Shown here: one piece after another, positions 26,611 to 34,441 of the stretch
How positions within the stretch are numbered: the stretch's first letter is position 1
How the letters are laid out: each line of letters starts with the position of its first letter
Assembly (NCBI GenBank): GCA_039585935.1
Contig: JBDGUY010000001.1
Coordinates: 1-36,566, forward strand
DNA length: 36,566 nt
Reading direction: 5' to 3'
From: Gemmatimonadota bacterium
Lineage (GTDB): Bacteria > Gemmatimonadota > Gemmatimonadetes > Palauibacterales > Palauibacteraceae
The notes under the pieces: model-generated
The model's input: only the letters and a program-made list of their open reading frames with translations
What the model was told of the DNA's origin: nothing
The model's database searches: none
Made by a program: the position numbers and the translations under genes

Positions 26611-27543
26611 ATGCGGATCCTCTTCTGGGGGACCCCTGAATTCGCGGTACCATCGCTTCGCGCGCTGCAAGAGGAAGGTCATGCGGTTCTCGCGGTAGTT
26701 ACACAACCGGATCGGCCCGCCGGTCGCGGCCAGTCCCTTCGTCCCAGCCCCGTGAAGCAGGAAGCGGTACGGGAAGGAATACCCGTGCTTCAGCCGGAGC
26801 GGCCGCGGGGCGACGAATTCATTTCCGAGATCCGGAACATGAAGCCCGACCTGTCGGTCGTAGCGGCCTACGGACACATCCTCACGGACGAAGTCCTGGC
26901 CGTACCGCGTCTCGGATCGATTAACGTCCACGCCTCTCTGTTGCCCGAGCTTCGGGGAGCCGCTCCAGTCAACTGGGCGATCATTCGTGGCCATACGCAC
27001 AGCGGCGTGACGATCATGCGCATGGTCCGCGAACTCGATGCCGGCCCGATCCTGTACCGGGTAGCAACAGAACTCCCCGTCGACATCAGGGCCGGCGAGC
27101 TGTACGAGATGCTCAGCGAGATGGGTGCTATCGGACTCATCGAGGCGCTGGCGCAGATGGAGGCGGACGCGATTCAGGAGGCCGAACAAGCTCATGATCG
27201 AGCTACCTACGCTCCGAAGCTGGGCCGCGCGGACGCGAGGATCGACTGGTCGCTGGACTCGGTCAGCCTGGATCGGTGGATTCGGGGTTGTGACCCCTGG
27301 CCGGCGGCCTGGTCGGAGCTGAACGGCGTACCGGTGCAGTGCTTTGCGCCACGTATCGAGGGATCCATGTCCGGGAAGCCTCCGGGAACCGTTCTGGAAG
27401 CGGATGCGAGGCTGGGAATCCGCATCGCGACCGGCGACGGCACGGTATGGATCGACGAAGTGAAGCCAGCGGGTCGAGCCCGGATGTCATCAGGAGCCTG
27501 GGTAGCCGGGCGGGGAATTCAGGAGGGCGACCAATTCCAGTAG
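26611..27543 (+). CDS. fmt: Methionyl-tRNA formyltransferase
   Basis: MRILFWGTPEFAVPSL, VVTQPDRPAGRG, and HASLLPELRGAAPVNWAI. Confidence 0.96.
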   Translation: MRILFWGTPEFAVPSLRALQEEGHAVLAVVTQPDRPAGRGQSLRPSPVKQEAVREGIPVLQPERPRGDEFISEIRNMKPDLSVVAAYGHILTDEVLAVPRLGSINVHASLLPELRGAAPVNWAIIRGHTHSGVTIMRMVRELDAGPILYRVATELPVDIRAGELYEMLSEMGAIGLIEALAQMEADAIQEAEQAHDRATYAPKLGRADARIDWSLDSVSLDRWIRGCDPWPAAWSELNGVPVQCFAPRIEGSMSGKPPGTVLEADARLGIRIATGDGTVWIDEVKPAGRARMSSGAWVAGRGIQEGDQFQ

Positions 27544-27563
27544 ACGTCCCCCGAGTTCACGTA

Positions 27564-28205
27564 GTGTGTCCCGACGCCGAACTCGAGCGAGCTGACGCGC
27601 TCGGGCGGATCACCTCACTGCTCGAAGCTGGAGGAAGATCGGTCGCCGCGCACCTGCGTCCGCGCCGTGTGCCAGTTGTCCGCTGTCTGGAATTGGCCCA
27701 GGAACTCGTGTCGCGAGCCGCGGCGACGGGCGGTTGGGTGGTCGTAAACGGTCGGACCGACATTGCCCGCGTCACCGGGGCACACGCGGTCCAGCTGGGC
27801 CGCGGTTCGCTCCCGATCGAGGCGGCGCGGCGGGCGCTCGACCCGGATTGTGCAGTCGGTGTCTCGGTCCACGGGATGGAAGAGAGTCGGAAGGCTTCAG
27901 AGCTCGGAGCAGACTTTCTCCTGCTGGGTACGATCTTCTCGACTCCCAGTCACCCGGGAATGGCCACCGGGGGAGTAGAGTTGATAACCGCCTGCGCCGA
28001 CGCGGGACCTCCCGTGATCGCCATCGGCGGGATCGACGTGGGTTCGATCGCTCCGGTCGTCTCGGCTGGCGCGCACGGGGTGGCGGTGATCAGGGCCGTG
28101 TGGGACCGTGAGGATCCGGCGGCAGCGGTGCAGCGAATGATCCGCGCCGTGGAGGGGAACGCGGGATTGGGCGACGGACCCGCCGAGGGCGAAGCGAGGG
28201 CTTGA
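27564..28205 (+). CDS. thiE: Thiamine-phosphate synthase (start codon uncertain)
   Basis: ThiE pattern VVVNGRTDIA..GAHAVQLG..VGVSVH..GADFLLLGTIFSTPSHPG..VIAIGGI. The frame is open from 27339. GTG 27564 is the first canonical start after the fmt stop; the alternatives are ATT 27534 and ATG 27447. Confidence 0.8.
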   Translation: MCPDAELERADALGRITSLLEAGGRSVAAHLRPRRVPVVRCLELAQELVSRAAATGGWVVVNGRTDIARVTGAHAVQLGRGSLPIEAARRALDPDCAVGVSVHGMEESRKASELGADFLLLGTIFSTPSHPGMATGGVELITACADAGPPVIAIGGIDVGSIAPVVSAGAHGVAVIRAVWDREDPAAAVQRMIRAVEGNAGLGDGPAEGEARA

Positions 28206-28405
28206 TGCAGGTCGAGATCAACGGGAAGAGCCGTGTATTCGTGGCCGGCGGGTCGATTCTCGCGCTTCTCATGGAGCTCGAAATCGACCCACGCCTGGTG
28301 GTGGTGGAACGGAACCGGGAAATCGTGCGGCGCGACGACCTGGACCGGGTCGAGGTCGAGGACGGGGATCGATTCGAGATCGTTCAATTCGTAGGCGGCG
28401 GCTGA
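28205..28405 (+). CDS. thiS: Sulfur carrier protein ThiS
   Basis: 66 aa ending in GG (..IVQFVGGG). The start is ATG 28205 (TGATG junction with the thiE stop) or TTG 28202. Confidence 0.88.
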   Translation: MQVEINGKSRVFVAGGSILALLMELEIDPRLVVVERNREIVRRDDLDRVEVEDGDRFEIVQFVGGG

Positions 28406-28457
28406 GTCAGCTCGTTGATGGCCGGCACTGAAACCGAGCACAACCAAGAGGAGATCG

Positions 28458-29261
28458 ATGAAGGACGAACGGATAGATTCGCTCGAGGGACTCGATCCGC
28501 TGGTGATCGCGGATCGCAGCTTCTCTTCGCGCTTGATCGTCGGGACCGGCAAGTACCGGAGCCACACAGAAACCGTCGAGGCGATCCGGGCCTCGGGAGC
28601 CGAGATGGTCACGGTGGCCGTTCGGCGAGTGGACCTGGACGCGTCGAACCAGGAGAGCCTGCTTCATCACCTGGATCCCGATGAGTTCTTCCTGCTACCC
28701 AACACTGCCGGCTGCTTCACCGCCGAAGACGCGATTCGCTACGCACGGCTGGGGCGGGAGACGGGATTGTCCAGCTGGGTGAAGCTGGAGGTGATCGGGG
28801 ACCAGGAGACGCTCCTGCCCGATACCGAAGCGCTGCTCGAGGCCACTCGCATCCTCACGGCCGAAGGCTTCACGGTGCTTCCGTACACCAATGATGACCT
28901 GATCACGGCGCTTCGCCTGGAAGACGCCGGTGCCGCTGCGGTGATGCCGCTCGCATCTCCGATCGGCAGCGGGCTCGGACTGTTGAACCCGCTCAATATC
29001 AGGCTCCTCAAGTCCCGCCTGTCGGTGCCGGTCATCGTGGATGCCGGGGTCGGCACTGCGTCCGATGCCTGCCTCACCATGGAGCAGGGAGTGGACGGGA
29101 TTCTGATGAACACGGCCCTGGCAGCAGCCCAGCGACCGGTGCTGATGGCCTCGGCCATGCGCCTCGCCGTCAAGGCGGGCAGGTCTGCCTACATGGCCGG
29201 TCGCATGCCGACCCGGGAGTGGGCGGTTCCTTCCAGCCCCTCCACCGGAATGCTCGACTGA
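28458..29261 (+). CDS. thiG: Thiazole synthase ThiG
   Basis: SRLIVGTGKY, VKLEVIGD, and PIGSGLG..VIVDAGVGTASDA. GAGGAG lies upstream of the ATG. Confidence 0.95.
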   Translation: MKDERIDSLEGLDPLVIADRSFSSRLIVGTGKYRSHTETVEAIRASGAEMVTVAVRRVDLDASNQESLLHHLDPDEFFLLPNTAGCFTAEDAIRYARLGRETGLSSWVKLEVIGDQETLLPDTEALLEATRILTAEGFTVLPYTNDDLITALRLEDAGAAAVMPLASPIGSGLGLLNPLNIRLLKSRLSVPVIVDAGVGTASDACLTMEQGVDGILMNTALAAAQRPVLMASAMRLAVKAGRSAYMAGRMPTREWAVPSSPSTGMLD

Positions 29262-29268
29262 GGCGCGA

Positions 29269-30615
29269 TTGAGTCTTGCCGGGCGTCCGCCGGAGGGCAG
29301 GGGCGCCGAGACCAGGCTGGCCGCATATCGGATTCTCGCTGATGTCAGGGCCGGAGCCTACGCGGATCGTGCCTCGCAGCAGAGACTTGCGGGCCTGGAG
29401 GACCGAGATCGGGCGCTGGCGCTGGAACTGGCGTTTGGCGTGATCAGGCTGCGGGCTCGACTGGATGCAGAACTCGCTCGGCTGGTAGACCGGCCCCTGC
29501 CGGCGCTGGATGCCGCGCTGCTGGACTGGCTGCGTCTCGGCCTGTACCAGATTCGACAGACCAGGATTCCGGAGCATGCGTCGGTTCATGCTACGGTGGA
29601 TGGAGCTCGTACCGAGGTCGGGCGGGGTGCCGCCGGACTCGTCAACGCCGTGCTTCGCAGGGCGGTGCGGGATGGCTTGACCGAGGAGGTCTATCCAGCA
29701 CGGGCCCGGCAACCGGTGGAGTGGCTTGCCACCTGGGGTTCGCATCCGGAGTGGCTCGTGAAGCGCTGGCTGGGTCGCTGGCCGCTTGCCGATGTAGAAC
29801 GGCTCGTGGAGAATGATAATCGGCCGCCCTCCGTCACATTGCGGCTACTCGGAACCGATGACCCGGATCGGCGGATGACGGACGCCGAAGCGGGAATCGA
29901 ACTCGAGCGACTCGAGGGTCGGCCCCGGATGGTCCGCCTGGTGTCGGGCGAGCCGGCCCGGGCGCTGGACCATTGGCGGGCGGTCGCGCAGGATCCTGCC
30001 GCTTCGGCGGTGGTAGACTTCGTGGGGCCGGACATAGAAGGGCCGGTGCTGGACGCATGTGCCGCCCCCGGAGGCAAGGCCGCAGCACTGGCGGACCTGG
30101 CGCCCGAAGCGAGGCCCTTCGTGGCGGCCGATGTGAGCCCGGAGAGGATCCGAAAGGCCGTCTCGACGCTGGAACGCACGGGTTCAGGGGTGCAGGCGCT
30201 GGTCATGGATGCACGATGGCCGGCAATCAGGTCGGCCCGGACGGTGCTGCTCGATTCGCCGTGCTCGGGCACGGGGGTGCTTCGCCGGAGACCGGATGCC
30301 CGCTGGCGGTTGTCTGAGCGGCGTCTCGAGTCGCTGCTGAGTCTGCAGGTCGAGCTGCTCGATGCGTGTGCGGATCTGGTTGAGCCGGGCGGATTGCTCG
30401 TGTACTCGACCTGTTCGCTGGAGGCCGAGGAAAACGAGGGGCAGGTGGAGGCGTTCCTGTCCCGGAGGCCGGAGTTCGGCCGGGAACCTCCCGGATCACT
30501 CACCGGACTCGCAGCCGACTGCGTAACAGACAGGGGAGATCTGGAAATTCTACCGTTTCAATCGGGTACAGACGGTGCTTTCGCGAGCCGACTGAGGAAA
30601 GGCGGCAATGCATGA
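29269..30615 (+). CDS. rsmB: 16S rRNA (cytosine-C5)-methyltransferase RsmB/Sun
   Basis: NusB-like N-terminal domain, SAM motif DACAAPGGK, and catalytic-Cys motifs DSPCSGTG and VYSTCSL. Starts at TTG 29269. Confidence 0.9.
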   Translation: MSLAGRPPEGRGAETRLAAYRILADVRAGAYADRASQQRLAGLEDRDRALALELAFGVIRLRARLDAELARLVDRPLPALDAALLDWLRLGLYQIRQTRIPEHASVHATVDGARTEVGRGAAGLVNAVLRRAVRDGLTEEVYPARARQPVEWLATWGSHPEWLVKRWLGRWPLADVERLVENDNRPPSVTLRLLGTDDPDRRMTDAEAGIELERLEGRPRMVRLVSGEPARALDHWRAVAQDPAASAVVDFVGPDIEGPVLDACAAPGGKAAALADLAPEARPFVAADVSPERIRKAVSTLERTGSGVQALVMDARWPAIRSARTVLLDSPCSGTGVLRRRPDARWRLSERRLESLLSLQVELLDACADLVEPGGLLVYSTCSLEAEENEGQVEAFLSRRPEFGREPPGSLTGLAADCVTDRGDLEILPFQSGTDGAFASRLRKGGNA

Positions 30616-31553
30616 CGTACAGGCGGCGGCGGGGCATGGGTGGAGGAAAAGCCGCGAAGGGATGGACCTCTGGCGACCAGGATGGCAACGGTCTCTCACC
30701 GGGAGACTCGCGCCCCGCAGCGGATCGTGCGGCGCGTGATTCGAGCGGCGGCGGCCGGTCTTCCGGCGGCTGGAAACCCTGGGCAATAGCCGCCGTGATC
30801 GTGGGCGGCCTGTTTCTCACCGGATACCTGACGGCGGACCTGTGGCTCACGCCGGGCGAAAGACCCTCGGAAGCCGGTCGTCTCGTGACGGTCCCCGAAC
30901 TTGTCGGGCTGTCAGATCAGGATGCGCGCAGCCGACTCGAGGAGGTCGGGCTCGAACATGGAGTCCGATCGGCCGTGTCACATCCGGATGCGCCCAAAGG
31001 CGCAGTGCTGGCGCAGAGTCCGATTCCGGGACAGCAAGTCCGCCCGGGCGCTCCGGTCGAAGTCACCCTGAGCCTCGGACCGGAGATGCACTCGATCCCC
31101 GATGTCTCGGGTCTCTCTGCACGCCAGGCGTCGATCGTGCTCGATCGACTCGGTTTCCGAGTGACGACCCGCGAGGCGAATCACTCTGTCGAAGCCGGTC
31201 GAGCGTTCGGCACCGAGCCCGGGCCTGGCACGGAACTCAACGTACCGGCGGATGTCACGCTGATGGTCAGCAAGGGCTCGCCACTGACGACAGTTCCGGA
31301 CCTGTCCGGTCGGCACATCGATGATGCGCTCGACCTCCTGGCACAATCCGGCCTGAGCCTGGGAGCGATCAGCTACGATCCCTTGTCGTTCGATGCCCCC
31401 GGGAGAATCGTCGGCCAGTACCCGCCCGGAGGCTACGGGCTTCGTGAAGGCGATCCAGTTGAAGTCCGGGTCGCCGGCAGGCCGGAAGAAGTGAACCGGA
31501 GTCGGCCGGATCCGCCGGCACTTCCGGATTCCGAACAGACTGAGGAGCTCTGA
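30612..31553 (+). CDS. Membrane-anchored protein with three PASTA domains and no kinase or PBP domain
   Basis: R/G-rich cytoplasmic N-terminus, a TM helix (WAIAAVIVGGLFLTGYL), then three PASTA-like repeats (VTVPELVGLSDQDARSRLEEVGL; HSIPDVSGLSARQASIVLDRLGF; TTVPDLSGRHIDDALDLLAQSGL). ATGA overlap with the rsmB stop. Confidence 0.8.
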   Translation: MTYRRRRGMGGGKAAKGWTSGDQDGNGLSPGDSRPAADRAARDSSGGGRSSGGWKPWAIAAVIVGGLFLTGYLTADLWLTPGERPSEAGRLVTVPELVGLSDQDARSRLEEVGLEHGVRSAVSHPDAPKGAVLAQSPIPGQQVRPGAPVEVTLSLGPEMHSIPDVSGLSARQASIVLDRLGFRVTTREANHSVEAGRAFGTEPGPGTELNVPADVTLMVSKGSPLTTVPDLSGRHIDDALDLLAQSGLSLGAISYDPLSFDAPGRIVGQYPPGGYGLREGDPVEVRVAGRPEEVNRSRPDPPALPDSEQTEEL

Positions 31554-31559
31554 GCCGCC

Positions 31560-32489
31560 GTGGACCTGCGTGTCGCGATCTTTTCGAATTGGGGCTACAA
31601 GCTCGCCGCTCTCGTCATCGTGTCTCTCCTGTGGCTCAGCCTCAGCGCCGACGAACGCCAGTCTCAGCCGGTTCGAACGCTGGTGGCGGTGGAAGTGCTG
31701 GATTCCGCCTGGGTACTGGTTGCTGCCCCCGAGGAAGTGAGCACGACGTTCCAGGGACGAAACCGTGACCTGCTCGGACTGCTGGTTAATGAGCCGCAGA
31801 TTTCCGTCGTTATCGATTCGGTGACGGAGTCGACGATGCGGGTCGAGCTCGACGAGGCCCGGGTCCGATACGATCGGGAACTCGATGTCCGCCCGACGTC
31901 GATCGTTCCACGGACCCTGACGCTGCAGTTCGAGCAGCGCGCCGAGCGACGGGTTCCGGTGGTAGCCGAGATCGATGCTGTCCCCGCGACGGGATTCACG
32001 GTCTTGCGACCGATTCTCGTTTCCCCCGACACGGTGACGGTGCGCGGCCCCGCCTCCGAGGTCGAGCGGATCACGCGCGTAGCGACGCGTCGCATCGGCC
32101 TCGAGGACATCTCTAATACCGTGATGCGCGATCTGCCGATCGAACTGCCGACTGGAGTGCGAAGCGTCAGCGTCGAGCCGGCGTCCGCCCTGGTAACGGT
32201 CGAGGTGGATTCGCTGGTCATCCTGCGCAAGCGCCTGCCGGTTCGCATCACGGGAGCGGGGAGCCAGGGCGTCAGCGTCACTCCGGACAGCGTCGAGGCA
32301 GTAATCCGGGGGGCTGCAACCGCCGTTCGAATGCAGCTCGAAGCGCTCGACCACGTGGTGGCCGAGCTGTTCCGGGCGCCGGACGGCCTGACCCGGGTGC
32401 CGGTAAGCACGTCGTTCCCCGATTCCGGATTCGTTTCCGTCCGGCTGTCGCCGCCGGAAGTTACCGTGCAGCCTGGTTCAGGTCCGTGA
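31560..32489 (+). CDS. YbbR-like (CdaR-like) domain protein
   Basis: N-terminal FSNWGYKLAALVIVSLLWL anchor typical of YbbR proteins, followed by repeated beta-rich YbbR-type segments. Confidence 0.75.
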   Translation: MDLRVAIFSNWGYKLAALVIVSLLWLSLSADERQSQPVRTLVAVEVLDSAWVLVAAPEEVSTTFQGRNRDLLGLLVNEPQISVVIDSVTESTMRVELDEARVRYDRELDVRPTSIVPRTLTLQFEQRAERRVPVVAEIDAVPATGFTVLRPILVSPDTVTVRGPASEVERITRVATRRIGLEDISNTVMRDLPIELPTGVRSVSVEPASALVTVEVDSLVILRKRLPVRITGAGSQGVSVTPDSVEAVIRGAATAVRMQLEALDHVVAELFRAPDGLTRVPVSTSFPDSGFVSVRLSPPEVTVQPGSGP

Positions 32490-33601
32490 GTCCGGCCTGG
32501 TCCGGAGGGGCCGTGCTCGGAATCGAAACATCCTGTGACGAGACGTCGGCAGCCGTGATCCGGGACGGAAGGGTTCTTGGACATGTCATCCTCTCCCAGG
32601 ATGCGCACGAGCGATTCGGCGGAGTCGTCCCCGAAATTGCTGCCCGAGCCCACCTGCGCCAGATCGACACGGTCGTGAACGCGACTCTCGAGGAAGCCGG
32701 CGTCGAACGTGGGGAGCTTGGTGGCGTAGGGGTGACGGCGGGCCCGGGCCTCGTCGGCGCGCTACTCGTCGGGCTGAACTGGGCCAAGGGCTTCGCCTGG
32801 GCTCTGGGAAAGCCGCTCGTGGGCGTCCAGCACATGGAAGCACATCTGTTCGCCAACTCGCTGGAGTCGCCGGACGCCCGGCCGCCGTTCGTGGCGTTGC
32901 TGGTATCTGGCGGACACACATTGTTGCTGCACACGCCGGCGTGGGGTTCGTACACGTTACTCGGGCAGACTCGGGATGACGCGGTCGGCGAGGCGTTCGA
33001 CAAGGTGGCCCGTCGACTGGGACTGGGATATCCGGGTGGACCCGAGATCGAGCGGGTGGCCCGCGGCGCGGAGCCGGGGCGGTTCAAACTTCCCAGACCC
33101 ATGCTCTCGGCGCATCACACTCCCGCCGATCCGGCCTACTTCGATTTTTCGTTCAGCGGCCTGAAGACAGCTACGGCTCTCGCCGCGGCGGAGCTGGAAT
33201 CGAGCGGCGAAGGGGAACTCGCGCGGGCAGTTCCCGATCTGGCGGCCGAGTTCCAGCAGGCGGTCGTAGACACCCTGGTCGCCAAGGTTCTGCGAGCGGT
33301 GGAATGGACGAATTGCAGTCGGGTTCTGCTCGGGGGCGGCGTAGCCCGAAACGGACCGCTGCGTGAACGGCTGAGCGAAGCGCTGGGCGAATCCGGCCGA
33401 CTCTACGCGCCGTCCCCGCGCCTTGCGACGGACAACGCCGCGATGGTGGCATGTCTCGCTGAGCACAGGCTCCGCGCGGGTGAGGCTGCCGGTCTGGATC
33501 TCAATGCCGATCCCTCACTTCCATTTCCGGGTCTCACGCCACTCGACTTGCTCGAAGGTCGCGGTGTGGAACTCCGAGGAGCGTCATGTATCCCGAGTTG
33601 A
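32486..33601 (+). CDS. tsaD: tRNA N6-adenosine threonylcarbamoyltransferase TsaD
   Basis: LGIETSCDETSAAV, GVQHMEAHL, and VSGGHT. GTGA overlap with the upstream stop. Confidence 0.95.
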   Translation: MSPAWSGGAVLGIETSCDETSAAVIRDGRVLGHVILSQDAHERFGGVVPEIAARAHLRQIDTVVNATLEEAGVERGELGGVGVTAGPGLVGALLVGLNWAKGFAWALGKPLVGVQHMEAHLFANSLESPDARPPFVALLVSGGHTLLLHTPAWGSYTLLGQTRDDAVGEAFDKVARRLGLGYPGGPEIERVARGAEPGRFKLPRPMLSAHHTPADPAYFDFSFSGLKTATALAAAELESSGEGELARAVPDLAAEFQQAVVDTLVAKVLRAVEWTNCSRVLLGGGVARNGPLRERLSEALGESGRLYAPSPRLATDNAAMVACLAEHRLRAGEAAGLDLNADPSLPFPGLTPLDLLEGRGVELRGASCIPS

Positions 33602-34431
33602 TCACTCTCGATCTACCGGTGCTGGGCACGATCACGATCACCTCGTTCGGGGTGATGATGGCCCTGTCGTTCCTCACCGGTTTCTGGATCGTCCGCCTCG
33701 AGCTGCTCAGGAAGGGAATGGACGAGGAACTCGCCGGCGACGTCCTGATGGGGGCGATTGTCGGCGGGATCGTCGGTGCGAAGGTGTACTACGTTCTGCT
33801 CAACTGGCCTCAGACAGTCCAGGATCCCTTCGGAATGCTGTTCTCACGAGCCGGCCTCGTGTGGTACGGCGGGTTCATCGGGGGTGCGATCGGTGTTTCG
33901 TGGGCGATTCATCGCCGGAAAGCGCCGATCCCGGTTCTTGCGGATGTCTGCGCACCCGCTCTCGCCCTGGCGTACGCCGTGGGACGACTGGGCTGTTTCC
34001 TGGTGGGCGACGACTACGGTCGGCCGACGGACAGCTGGGTCGGAATCGCGTTTCCGAATGGCAGTCCGCCCAGCACAGCCGGGAACCTCCGGCGGATGTT
34101 CGGCGTGTCGATTCCCGAGTCTGTTCCAGACACGGCCGTTCTCGCAGTTCACCCGACCCAGCTGTACGAAATCGGTATGTCGCTGCTGATCTTCGCGATC
34201 TTGTGGCGGCTGCGCCGGAAGCCGTGGAAAGCGGGTCGCCTGTTCTCGTTGTGGCTCGCACTCGCCGGCGTCGAGCGGCTGATCGTCGAGTTCTTCCGGG
34301 CAAAGGACGATCGGTTCTTTGGTTTCCTGACCCTCGCCCAGTTGATCAGTATCGGTCTGATCGTGTTCGGCGCATGGCTGTTCGTACGGCTGGGCCCCGC
34401 GGAATCAGGGGACTCGCCCTCGAGGGCGTAA
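33586..34431 (+). CDS. lgt: Prolipoprotein diacylglyceryl transferase
   Basis: Polytopic membrane protein with GRLGCFLVGDDYGRPT and HPTQLYE motifs. It overlaps the tsaD end by 16 nt. Confidence 0.93.
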   Translation: MYPELITLDLPVLGTITITSFGVMMALSFLTGFWIVRLELLRKGMDEELAGDVLMGAIVGGIVGAKVYYVLLNWPQTVQDPFGMLFSRAGLVWYGGFIGGAIGVSWAIHRRKAPIPVLADVCAPALALAYAVGRLGCFLVGDDYGRPTDSWVGIAFPNGSPPSTAGNLRRMFGVSIPESVPDTAVLAVHPTQLYEIGMSLLIFAILWRLRRKPWKAGRLFSLWLALAGVERLIVEFFRAKDDRFFGFLTLAQLISIGLIVFGAWLFVRLGPAESGDSPSRA

Positions 34432-34441
34432 CACCGCCTCC

